This document shows, piece by piece, positions 54,435 through 63,369 of a DNA stretch of 64,000 nt; the first letter of the stretch is position 1; every line of letters starts with the position of its first letter. The notes under the pieces were generated by a model. The model saw only the letters and a program-made list of their open reading frames with translations. It did no database searches and was not told the origin of the DNA. The DNA lies in assembly GCA_964568925.1 (NCBI GenBank), contig CAZMSJ010000001.1, forward strand, positions 1,115 through 65,114, written 5' to 3'. The translations under genes were made by a program, and so were the position numbers. This DNA comes from an uncultured Gammaproteobacteria bacterium (lineage in GTDB: Bacteria; Patescibacteriota; Microgenomatia; UBA8517).

Positions 54435-56572
54435 TTTTGTAGATTAAATATCTTACTGTCCGTAAGTGACGTATTATAAACGCCTACCCCCGCTGCGGTC
54501 AAGGAAAGCGTAAAAGGTGCTACCCCTGGCTGCTTAATCCAGTAGATTTGAGCTCGATTTTGTGGAGACTTGATTGACCAGTGAAAGCGAATTTCTGCCG
54601 TCTCCCCTGCTTCTACCGTCAAAAGTGCCCCCGCTGAGAGGTATTTCTCCTCGTGAGAGAGGTCAGGAATAACGGACCCGACCTTCTGTCGAGAGTTCAC
54701 TTTGATTGAGGTAACACTCGCCTCCTTTGGCAAAAGGAACCGTATGTAGCTTTTGTATGATTCATTTCCTTTGTTTTCATACCCTCCTGCGTGAGTCAGT
54801 GACAAAACAACATCTCCAGTCACACTGTCCCCTTCTTTAGCTACCGTCTCAGTAATCGTTCTACTAATATACGGATTTACCTTGTTTACCCCAACGTTTG
54901 CTTCAATAATCTGGTGAACGATAGAATTACAGCCTTCACCACAGCTTCCCTCTCGAAATGAACCAGACAATTGTGCGGTATCAATTGCTGACTCAAGACC
55001 ACTATCTGCAAACCACACCATGATCTCACGTGCACGGATCTGCTGATCAAGCTTTTTAGCCAGTTCAAGCATTTGTGGTCGTGAAAGGTTTGAAAGAGCG
55101 ATCATCACTGACTCTGAAAGAGCTGACAGATACGTCTTTTTGCGAATTGAGCCTGGGAAAAAGGTGTCCCCTCCTCGTCGTTCAAGCATTTTGTATAAGT
55201 TCTCTGCTGTCACTTCATCCTCTTCCCAGCCAACGGGATGCACAGGACCAGTTACGCTAAGGACTTCTGCAAGTACTCGAGTGTTTACGGCAATGATTGC
55301 GTCAGGCTTCACATCAATCGCCTTTTGCAAAAACCAACTAATGCGCGTTGCGGTACTTGGGAAATCGATATCCCAATTGGCGTCTCTCATATGCCAACTC
55401 GCCTCTTTCAAGTATTCAGAGATGGCAAAGGGAGGTTTTACATATCCATTAATCTTCCCATCAGCGTCGTAGACATCCTGAATTTCCTTGGAAATGACTC
55501 TCCCCGATTGAACCGTAACTAATTGATATGAACCAAAAAATCCACCGGTTGGGCGAAGCTCTGCTGCGTTTTGAAACATAATCATGTAGGTAAACGGTTT
55601 CCCCTGTCCAGCAAGCGTGCCAGCCTCTTTGGCCAATCCCTCTGCTGCCGGGAGAAATGAGAGAAGGTAGGGAAGATCTGCCTTTTGATTAATAATGCTT
55701 GCTGAAAGGACTTCTCCTCCGTTAGCTAAGAGAAATGAACCATCATGGTAGAGAGAAGACAAAAGAGGTGCGACACGTGCTCCCGTGTCTTTCCAATCAA
55801 TAGGGTTGCCGGAAAAGTAGTTGTGTGCAAGAGTTTCAATCTGGGTAAGTAACACCACACCAGTTCTTGTTACCTGAGCAGCTGAGGAGGAGAGGGCAGA
55901 GAGCGAAAGAAAGTAGGTGATCTGTGGCTTTAGAACAGGAAGCACTGTCAAGGGAGTCATGGTTAAGCGAGAAACAGAAGCAGCACTGGTTGAGAGTGAC
56001 GTTAAGCGTGTTGAGAGCGTGGTGTGATCTGGCAGTGCCTTAAGCGATAAGTACAACGACCCGACAGATACGCCGAGACTGACAAAGGGAATTGATAGGG
56101 AAACGAGAAGCACAAGAACTGCATAGATAAAGGGCTTTAAAGGTATGTGTTTTGTTTTGCTCCTTTGTTTGGTAACTGGTACAACAGGAGCCGCAACCTG
56201 ACGAGCAACCTCTGGGAGAGGAAGAATACGTGGCGTACCGATGACTACTTCTTTTAAATGTTTAAAGCCAAAGAGAGAACGGGTGGCAAGTTGATACTCT
56301 GATTCAGTTGGGTCTGCTCCAATAAGTAACACAGAAACAGTAGATGGAAGACTCGTGTGATCTATTGTTTCGTCTCGAAAGTGGGGAAGGATCAGTAAAA
56401 CGGGCGCGCCGGCAGGAACTAAAGAAAGGGCCGAGGCTTCAAGGCAAACAAAGACATCATGAGGCTGATGCTCAATATGTGCGGTATATGCCTTGAGTTC
56501 AAAATGACGACTTAAGTGATGTAAGAAGCCAAGCTGAAACGCGTGTTTTTCACCCACAAGATACAGATGCAT
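54431..56572 (-). CDS. Large membrane-anchored extracytoplasmic protein, DUF4012-like (assignment from memory, tentative)
   Basis: TM near residue 140. MFQNAAELRPTGGFFGSYQLV motif. Overlaps rplY by 4 nt. Confidence 0.35.
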   Translation of the reverse strand: MHLYLVGEKHAFQLGFLHHLSRHFELKAYTAHIEHQPHDVFVCLEASALSLVPAGAPVLLILPHFRDETIDHTSLPSTVSVLLIGADPTESEYQLATRSLFGFKHLKEVVIGTPRILPLPEVARQVAAPVVPVTKQRSKTKHIPLKPFIYAVLVLLVSLSIPFVSLGVSVGSLYLSLKALPDHTTLSTRLTSLSTSAASVSRLTMTPLTVLPVLKPQITYFLSLSALSSSAAQVTRTGVVLLTQIETLAHNYFSGNPIDWKDTGARVAPLLSSLYHDGSFLLANGGEVLSASIINQKADLPYLLSFLPAAEGLAKEAGTLAGQGKPFTYMIMFQNAAELRPTGGFFGSYQLVTVQSGRVISKEIQDVYDADGKINGYVKPPFAISEYLKEASWHMRDANWDIDFPSTATRISWFLQKAIDVKPDAIIAVNTRVLAEVLSVTGPVHPVGWEEDEVTAENLYKMLERRGGDTFFPGSIRKKTYLSALSESVMIALSNLSRPQMLELAKKLDQQIRAREIMVWFADSGLESAIDTAQLSGSFREGSCGEGCNSIVHQIIEANVGVNKVNPYISRTITETVAKEGDSVTGDVVLSLTHAGGYENKGNESYKSYIRFLLPKEASVTSIKVNSRQKVGSVIPDLSHEEKYLSAGALLTVEAGETAEIRFHWSIKSPQNRAQIYWIKQPGVAPFTLSLTAAGVGVYNTSLTDSKIFNLQK

Positions 56573-56732
56573 ACTTCTATCTTACGAGCGGGAAACGTGG
56601 ACAGCAAGGAGATGCATGTGGAAGGGTACCTTTTATTATTTCCGTTTTTTGAAGCGGAAGTGGAAATATGAAGTTAGACAGGGCTCGTGAAACTTTCAAC
56701 GTGACAGAATTTTGCCATTCGGTAATTGTTTT

Positions 56733-57137
56733 TCAGGCTGCTGCGTCCATTGTTTGGTTGACAAGAAGATCCGCTTGGGTGTTTTCATTCCGAAAAACGT
56801 GGCGGTAATCAACTGGAACGTTTAACTCTCTTTCATATGACTTAATCTTTTGAACAAGAGGCAAGAGGAGTGGACTTTTGATTTTATAGATCCCTTTCAT
56901 TTGTTTCACAACCAATTCTGAATCAAGAACAAAGTGGACAGATGTAATGTCTGACTGTGTTTTTATCCATTCAAAAGCAGTAAGGACTGCAGTGTACTCT
57001 GCAACGTTATTTGTTGTAATTCCAAGGAACGTTCCTTTTGAAAAGATTTCAGTGCCATTGTGAAGAGCAACAAAAGCACATGCAGCAGGACCAGGGTTTC
57101 CTCTTGAGCCTCCGTCACAGTGAATAACAATATCCAT
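56733..57137 (-). CDS. rnhA: Ribonuclease HI
   Basis: MDIVIHCDGGSRGNPGPAACAFV...NNVAEYTAVLTAFEW. Confidence 0.7.
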   Translation of the reverse strand: MDIVIHCDGGSRGNPGPAACAFVALHNGTEIFSKGTFLGITTNNVAEYTAVLTAFEWIKTQSDITSVHFVLDSELVVKQMKGIYKIKSPLLLPLVQKIKSYERELNVPVDYRHVFRNENTQADLLVNQTMDAAA

Positions 57138-57153
57138 AGGCCCCCAGTATAAA

Positions 57154-58326
57154 TTAGACGACCTTCGTTGACGAGGGGGAAGAAGTAAGCCCTGCAAGAA
57201 GAGATAATGCAAGTACAGGCTGCAAAAGAGAGACCAAGTAATGGTCAGACAAACCAATTGTCATCACGGTTAAAACAAGTATTGCGACATGGAGTCGTGC
57301 GTGAAGAAGAACCCTCATCATGGTTAAGCACAAAACAAGTAACCCACCAATTCCCAGCTCAAGTGCTGTAATGAGAAAGATATTATGCACCGGCTGGATG
57401 AGAGTGCGAGGAGAAAAGAGAATTCCGGCCCCAAAGCCAACACCAAATGGATGATTGGCAAAGGTGATTAAAGCTCTGTGAGCTAAAACGAGTCTCTCGG
57501 CAATCTCTTTTGGATAAAAAGCGAGCACTGGAACCATCCCTGACACAATTGAGGCACAAAGGAAAAGCAACACACTTAACGAAAGGAGTGGACGTGGAAG
57601 CTTCTTTGAGAGAAGTATCCATACAGGAATCAAGAGAAGTGCCACCCATACCGTTTGAGAGAAGGTGAGTGAAATAACAACTGACAAGAGAAGAATTGAA
57701 ACTATTCTTTCGTTTCGTGAAAGAAAAGGGAAAAGGCCAAGAACTAACAAAAGATATGTTCCAGCCAAAGCATTAGGATGAGGGAATGTGGCATAGGGGC
57801 GAAGGTAGTCGACACCAAACAATGAAACGAGCGCAATACCAGGGGTGCTTGTTGAGAGTGGTCTTTCACCTAAGAGCACAAAAACACCTCCAACTGAGTG
57901 TTTGAGTAAAAATTGTAAAACAGTTAGTAGGGCAACAAGAAAGAAACTAGCTACAAAGGGTGTGGTGACCAAGGTAATTGCACGATCACGAGTACTTCTT
58001 ACGTACCAAAAGAGAAGACAAGCAGAAAACAAAATTGGAAGACGTGAAAGAGTAACAAGCGGATTGGTTGAAAGGAACGGAAGGAGACTAAGGAGGACCA
58101 GAATGGCTAGCTTTGGGAAAACAAATCGTTTGGTAAATAAAAGCTTCTCTTCAATGAGAAAGGTAAAAAAGGTTAGGACAAGTAATATTTGAGAAAAATA
58201 GAGTGTTGGGGAGAGGTAATCAATTCGGATTCCAAAAATAAAAGCCCAATCAGGCCAAAAATGTAATGCAAGTTGAGAGGGGAGAAAGAAAACAAAGATT
58301 AAAAAGAGTTTTTCGTGGAGTTTCAC
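57154..58326 (-). CDS. O-antigen ligase (WaaL)-like polytopic membrane protein
   Basis: About 11 TM, with a large loop near the C-terminal third. Confidence 0.4.
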   Translation of the reverse strand: MKLHEKLFLIFVFFLPSQLALHFWPDWAFIFGIRIDYLSPTLYFSQILLVLTFFTFLIEEKLLFTKRFVFPKLAILVLLSLLPFLSTNPLVTLSRLPILFSACLLFWYVRSTRDRAITLVTTPFVASFFLVALLTVLQFLLKHSVGGVFVLLGERPLSTSTPGIALVSLFGVDYLRPYATFPHPNALAGTYLLLVLGLFPFLSRNERIVSILLLSVVISLTFSQTVWVALLLIPVWILLSKKLPRPLLSLSVLLFLCASIVSGMVPVLAFYPKEIAERLVLAHRALITFANHPFGVGFGAGILFSPRTLIQPVHNIFLITALELGIGGLLVLCLTMMRVLLHARLHVAILVLTVMTIGLSDHYLVSLLQPVLALSLLAGLTSSPSSTKVV

Positions 58327-58829
58327 TTTGCTCGTACAACGAGATATCGATTTTCACCTTCGCCTTCACTTTCGGTGATCAAATCAGCTTCTTTAGACAA
58401 TGCAGTATGAATAACTCGTCGTTGTGCAGCATTTAAGTTATAGAGGTGTTGTGCCTCTCCACTGTTTCGAGCTCTGTCTGCTGCTTGTTCTGCGAGAGAA
58501 ACGAGGTAATCTTCGTGCTTTTCTTTCCAGCCAGCGATATCAACACTGACTCGTACCCATTCTCCAGTTGCTTGCTTAACAGCCATTCCGAGGAATGATT
58601 GAATTGCCAAGAGAGTAGCACCATGTGCACCGATTAAAAGACCAGCTTCTTCTGAAGTAATCACAACAGTTACCACTTCACCTTGTTCATCTGTTGTTGA
58701 ATTAACCTCAAAGGTTGCTTCAACTTTCAATAAATCAAAGAGAGAAGTGATTGTCTTTTCGACGAATGATTTTGTGTCTGTCTTGCTCATTTCAAGGGGA
58801 GTATACCATACCGGTCTGCGAGGTGTCAC
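58323..58829 (-). CDS. jag: RNA-binding protein Jag/KhpB (KH + R3H)
   Basis: GLLIGAHGATL (KH GxxG) and a C-terminal R3H-like QRRVIHTAL. Sits after yidC. Confidence 0.6.
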   Translation of the reverse strand: MTPRRPVWYTPLEMSKTDTKSFVEKTITSLFDLLKVEATFEVNSTTDEQGEVVTVVITSEEAGLLIGAHGATLLAIQSFLGMAVKQATGEWVRVSVDIAGWKEKHEDYLVSLAEQAADRARNSGEAQHLYNLNAAQRRVIHTALSKEADLITESEGEGENRYLVVRAK

Positions 58830-58898
58830 GCATAAAAACTATTATAGTAACCTCAAGTATGTTTACCCTCACGAAATTTTATCCATGAGGGTAGCTTT

Positions 58899-59150
58899 CT
58901 ATTTCAGGAACAAACTTGCAGCGTCTTCCTTCGAGATCTGTTTCCAAGTAAGCGCTGTCATACGTCTTCCGTGTACCCAGCTCATAAAAATCTCACTTCT
59001 TAAGGAAGCCTGCCACGTTTTGGCATCTTCACCTTCTAAACATTCTATCGTGCCATCTTCAAATTCCATGAGAACTCGTTTGAGCTTTACTTGAGGTACC
59101 TCACGATCGTCATCATCTGGAACAGTACCCATTATCAGATCACTATCCAT
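58899..59150 (-). CDS. Small acidic hypothetical protein (83 aa) inserted between yidC and jag
   Basis: ORF only. Confidence 0.25.
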   Translation of the reverse strand: MDSDLIMGTVPDDDDREVPQVKLKRVLMEFEDGTIECLEGEDAKTWQASLRSEIFMSWVHGRRMTALTWKQISKEDAASLFLK

Positions 59151-59229
59151 TTTAGAGCCTCCTTACAACAAAACGATGAGGAATAGTATCAAATGAATTA
59201 AGTAGGTTGAAGAGCTAATACCGTAACTG

Positions 59230-60051
59230 TTATGAACGTGCAAAGTAAGTCTTTGCTTTGTGAACCCAAGGAGTGAGTCCGCCCCATCCAAACATTTGGT
59301 ACTGAGTATATGCTTGCATGATTGAAAAGATGAACCAGTAGAGTGCAAGTCCTGAAGGGAACCCAACACCAACAAGGATGGTCATTAATGGGAATGTGTA
59401 AATCATTGATGATTGCATTGCTACCTGGAAGTCATCAGATGACTCTTTTGTTTTTTCAGCTACCTGCTTTTCCTTTTCAACCATTGGCATTGAAATCTTT
59501 GCAGACAAAAATTGAACTAAGGCTGCAAGAAGAAGGAGTGGACCAGGAAGTGGGAATGGCAATCCTTGTATAACAAACTTATCAGGCTGGGTAATGTCCA
59601 AGTACAAGAACTTGGTGTTTAATGTCTGTCCTTCCAAGAACTTTAATGGAGCGTACAACAAGTTGTTAATTGATTCAGTCACAGCGCCATGGCTTGAAAG
59701 AACACTCGTAAATACACGGAACAAAGCAATTAAGATAATAATCTGTAAAAGATAAGGAAGGCAGCCTGCACCTGGGTTAATTCCTTTTTCCTTATATAAA
59801 TCTGCTTGAGCTTTTAAAAATCCTTGTTTGTCGTCTTTGTACTTTTTCTTCAGTTTGTTAACAAGTGGAGTAATATCCTTCATTTTTTTAGCGTTAGCTA
59901 AATATGGTTTTTGAAGCGGTTGACTCACAAAACGCAAGAAAATAGAGAATCCAATGATCGCGAGTCCGAGGTTTCCACCAAGAATACGATAGAAAACAAT
60001 CAAACCGTTAGTAAGTGGTGCGGTCAATAGCAGCGTAAAAATATCTCCCAT
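59230..60051 (-). CDS. yidC: Membrane protein insertase YidC/Oxa1
   Basis: Short Gram-positive-type YidC with conserved TM core, QPLQKPYL...PGAGCLP. Confidence 0.75.
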   Translation of the reverse strand: MGDIFTLLLTAPLTNGLIVFYRILGGNLGLAIIGFSIFLRFVSQPLQKPYLANAKKMKDITPLVNKLKKKYKDDKQGFLKAQADLYKEKGINPGAGCLPYLLQIIILIALFRVFTSVLSSHGAVTESINNLLYAPLKFLEGQTLNTKFLYLDITQPDKFVIQGLPFPLPGPLLLLAALVQFLSAKISMPMVEKEKQVAEKTKESSDDFQVAMQSSMIYTFPLMTILVGVGFPSGLALYWFIFSIMQAYTQYQMFGWGGLTPWVHKAKTYFARS

Positions 60052-60056
60052 ATTGG

Positions 60057-60278
60057 CTATTGTACAGGGTCATAGCCAGATCTGCCACCGGGGCGGCAGG
60101 AAACAAATCGTGCGATACCCATTCGAAGTCCTTTTATTGCACCATACTTTTGGATGGCTTGATATGAATATTCTGAACAGGTTGGGGTGAACCTGCACGT
60201 GTGACCGAGGAAGAATACAAAGAGAGGAGAGAGGATTGCTTGATAGATTCGAATAAGAAAGAGAAGAAGGAACTTCAT
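60057..60278 (-). CDS. yidD: Membrane protein insertion efficiency factor YidD
   Basis: CRFTPTCSEYSYQAIQKYG...RCRPGG. Confidence 0.75.
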   Translation of the reverse strand: MKFLLLFLIRIYQAILSPLFVFFLGHTCRFTPTCSEYSYQAIQKYGAIKGLRMGIARFVSCRPGGRSGYDPVQ

Positions 60279-60625
60279 TGAGCTTTGGTTAAGCCAGCTG
60301 CAATTAAAGCATCACGTACTTCAGTCATGACCGCGTTAGCGTATGCACGAAGAATTGTGTTTTTTGGTAAATAGACACAGTCATATCCAGGTTTTAAGTA
60401 CACCAGATTGTGTCGTGTTGCCTCGGATAAGACTCTCTTAATTCGATTTCGGTCTGAGGCAAGCTTGGTTACCTTTGTTGGGATAACAAAGCCAAAACGA
60501 CACGGTTTATTGTCGCGGCGGTCTAAAAAGGAAAGGGTGAAGTTTGCACTGACAAAGCGTTTTCCTGAATCACGAACGGCATCAAAATCAGAAGATTCGG
60601 TTAATCTAAACTCGCTTGCAAGCAT
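60275..60625 (-). CDS. rnpA: RNase P protein component
   Basis: Basic 116-aa protein between rpmH and yidD. Confidence 0.7.
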   Translation of the reverse strand: MLASEFRLTESSDFDAVRDSGKRFVSANFTLSFLDRRDNKPCRFGFVIPTKVTKLASDRNRIKRVLSEATRHNLVYLKPGYDCVYLPKNTILRAYANAVMTEVRDALIAAGLTKAQ

Positions 60626-60655
60626 AAAAAGTAGATAAAAAAGAGAACAGGAAGC

Positions 60656-60808
60656 TTAGTGAGTAGCGGTTACGGCAATTCGGACTCGTCCTTTTGCTCG
60701 TCGTCGCTTTAAGACTTTTTGTCCGTCATGATCTGCCATACGAGCACGAAAACCGTGCACCTTGACTCGTCGGCGTTTACTTGGTTGGTATGTTCTCTTC
60801 ATTGCCAT
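60656..60808 (-). CDS. rpmH: 50S ribosomal protein L34
   Basis: Manual translation gives [50 protein letters not shown] (50 aa). Below the ORF-track cutoff. Confidence 0.8.
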   Translation of the reverse strand: MAMKRTYQPSKRRRVKVHGFRARMADHDGQKVLKRRRAKGRVRIAVTATH

Positions 60809-60837
60809 AGCGGTATTGTACTAAAGAAACGGTCAAA

Positions 60838-61602
60838 ATGGAAGTGTGGTACTATTTTGCCAGAAAAATGTATGAACGAGGCGAGATAACCAGACGTGAG
60901 TTTTTACAGATTGCAGCCACTGGTGCAGTCTGTGGACTGCTGCCTGACATAGAAATTAAACAAGAGATTAAGGCTCCGGTTGATACGATTCTTCAGGGGA
61001 ATGAGGACATGTTTGGATCAGACATTATTCTTACAATAGATGACTGCGCCTCACGAGAGCATACTCGTGGCATATTTGAAACAATACGGTCAGTTGGTGG
61101 TACGGCAACATTCTTCCCTAACACTGACTACATAACAAAAGGAGAGGAAGACTCTCTCTTGTGGAAAGAGATACTCGCAAGTTGCTGTGAGATTGGGTAT
61201 CACACAAGGCACCATGATAAAGATTTGTCAGCACATGAACTTGCCCAAGATTACAAAAACTTCTGTGTAGAGATAAATAAACTTGTAGGAACAGATGTAT
61301 CAATTAGCCTGGCACGAGCACCATATGGAAACTGGACCACTGACTGGATGAAGTTTACTGAGAAACAAGGGCTAATAAATGTTCTCTGGAATTTTGTTCC
61401 TAATAAAGATCAAGTTACCCTTAACTACTTTGATGCGGTTTTGCATAGCAAAAAGGGGGGACACATCGTACTTGTTCATCCTCGAGCCTTTGATGACACC
61501 TGGATATCCACACACATTGAAGGACTTGCCGAGCTTGCCGCTCGTGACGGGGGAGCACTTCGTTCAGTCTTAGCTGACCACACGCAACAAAACTCCGGTT
61601 GA
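60838..61602 (+). CDS. Polysaccharide deacetylase (NodB-homology) with Tat-like signal
   Basis: RREFLQIAATGAV, then LTIDDCA and EIGYHTRHHD NodB motifs. Confidence 0.5.
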   Translation: MEVWYYFARKMYERGEITRREFLQIAATGAVCGLLPDIEIKQEIKAPVDTILQGNEDMFGSDIILTIDDCASREHTRGIFETIRSVGGTATFFPNTDYITKGEEDSLLWKEILASCCEIGYHTRHHDKDLSAHELAQDYKNFCVEINKLVGTDVSISLARAPYGNWTTDWMKFTEKQGLINVLWNFVPNKDQVTLNYFDAVLHSKKGGHIVLVHPRAFDDTWISTHIEGLAELAARDGGALRSVLADHTQQNSG

Positions 61603-61607
61603 CGAAT

Positions 61608-61616
61608 TGTGGATAA
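61608..61616. promoter_or_regulatory. DnaA box (TGTGGATAA) in dnaA promoter region
   Basis: Perfect complement of TTATCCACA. Overlaps the GTG start proposed by the ORF track. Confidence 0.4.
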
Positions 61617-61716
61617 GTGGGGTACAAAGAAGGCAACTCCTGCCCAACTTGTAAGAAAAGAGACACAAAAGAACCTTTCCTTACAAACATGTCGTTCCCT
61701 TAGATTTTTGTTTCCT

Positions 61717-63099
61717 ATGATTAAACCTGATAAAGACGCAATTTGGAAAGAAGTTTTAAACTCTGTACGAGTTTCTGTATCTACTCCTATTTTTAATACG
61801 TGGATTTCACAAACACATCTGGACTCACTTCGAAAGCTTGACCAAAAAAGATATATGGCTGAAATTGGTTGTAACTCAACCTTTGTTAAAGCTACCGTTG
61901 AGCAGCGATATTTTGGTCTTCTTCAAGATGCATTAATTAAAGCCTTAGGGAGTCACTGCGACATGACCTTCGTTATTAAAGCTGATCCAACTCGTGCAGC
62001 ACAGAAGATGGACCTCACCGCAACTCTTTTTGAAGAGAAAGAAATGAGTGAACAGTTTTTAGAGAAAGTTGCATCATCACGTTTGCGTCCTGGTTTTACC
62101 TTTGAATACTTTGCTGTTTCTGGAAGTAATCAAATGGCATGGGCTGCAGCTGACGCGGTGGCTAATAGACCAGGTAGTGCATATAACCCATTAGTTATCT
62201 GGGGTGGGGTTGGAGTTGGCAAAACACATTTAATGCATGCCGTTGGGCACACCTTGCTCTCTAAAGATTTAAGTTTAAAGATACTCGCGTGCACGGCAGA
62301 AGACTTTACCAATGACATCGTTGAAGGTATTCGCAATAAGTCTATGCAAAAGGTACGAGAGAAGTATCGAAAGCTTGATGCACTCTTTATAGATGATATT
62401 CAATTTATCGCCGGCAAAGACACAGCCCAAGAAGAATTCTTCCACACGTTTAATACGGTGACCTTGGCTGGAGGACAAATTATTTTAACCAGTGATAGAC
62501 CACCTCATGAAATTGAAAAGCTTGAAGATCGTTTAAAGAGTCGATTTGAAGCAGGTATGATTGTTGATATTGCTGAGCCTGATTTTGAACTTCGTTGTGC
62601 AATTGTCCAAATTAAGTCAGAAGAAAAAGGATTGCACTTGGCATCTGATATGGTGCAATTAATTGCAGGAAATGTCGAAAGTGCCCGAAAAATCGAAGGA
62701 TTCTTGACTCGTCTTGGTTCTGAAGTGAAGCTTAAGAATGCTCCGGTTACGGAAGAACTTGTTAAATCAGTTATCCAAAAGAGTGGAGGAGCCGTTGGAC
62801 AAGATTCTATAAAGAAGCTCTATTCAACAGACGCGGTTATCGATGCGGTATGTAAACACTACAATATTAGTAAACGATCACTTTTAGGGGAGGGGAGAAC
62901 CAAGATGATTGCACAACCCAGGCAAGTACTTATGTATATTTTAAGAATTGAGATGGGACTTCCCTTTGAAGAGGTAGGAAGACTCCTTGGAGGACGTGAT
63001 CACACGACGATTATGCATGGTGTGGAAAAGATAACAGCGTTGGCCTCAACAGATATCCACATTCGTGAGGATATCTCGGGGATAAAGGCAAACGTATAA
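61717..63099 (+). CDS. dnaA: Chromosomal replication initiator DnaA
   Basis: Domain I-like MIKPDKDAIWKEVLNSV. Walker A GVGKTHLMHAVG. Domain IV helix-turn-helix. ORF track start at 61609 is GTG. Confidence 0.85.
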   Translation: MIKPDKDAIWKEVLNSVRVSVSTPIFNTWISQTHLDSLRKLDQKRYMAEIGCNSTFVKATVEQRYFGLLQDALIKALGSHCDMTFVIKADPTRAAQKMDLTATLFEEKEMSEQFLEKVASSRLRPGFTFEYFAVSGSNQMAWAAADAVANRPGSAYNPLVIWGGVGVGKTHLMHAVGHTLLSKDLSLKILACTAEDFTNDIVEGIRNKSMQKVREKYRKLDALFIDDIQFIAGKDTAQEEFFHTFNTVTLAGGQIILTSDRPPHEIEKLEDRLKSRFEAGMIVDIAEPDFELRCAIVQIKSEEKGLHLASDMVQLIAGNVESARKIEGFLTRLGSEVKLKNAPVTEELVKSVIQKSGGAVGQDSIKKLYSTDAVIDAVCKHYNISKRSLLGEGRTKMIAQPRQVLMYILRIEMGLPFEEVGRLLGGRDHTTIMHGVEKITALASTDIHIREDISGIKANV

Positions 63100-63102
63100 T
63101 GG

Positions 63103-63300
63103 GCATAAGTGGACAGTAGGCCCGCATTTATCCACTTATCCACAAATTAAACGATTCTTTCCACAATTTTGTCCACAACCGTGTAAACTCGAACTGTTGA
63201 TAACTTTGATGAGGCTGTTTGCGGCGGAGTGTCCACTTATCCACTGACTCTACTACTGCTACTACTATTTTATATATATACAAAGGGGAGAACTCACCTT
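63103..63300. promoter_or_regulatory. oriC: DnaA-box cluster plus AT-rich unwinding element between dnaA and dnaN
   Basis: TTATCCACT 63128, TTATCCACA 63136, TTGTCCACA 63169, GTGTCCACT 63229, TTATCCACT 63237, an inverted box at ~63109, and tattttatatatatac at 63268-63285. Confidence 0.6.
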
Positions 63301-63369
63301 TTAGCAAAGTATGTGGACAAGTAAAAGACTAACTAGCAAAGAGACAGTGAGAGGCTCTATACTCGAAAA

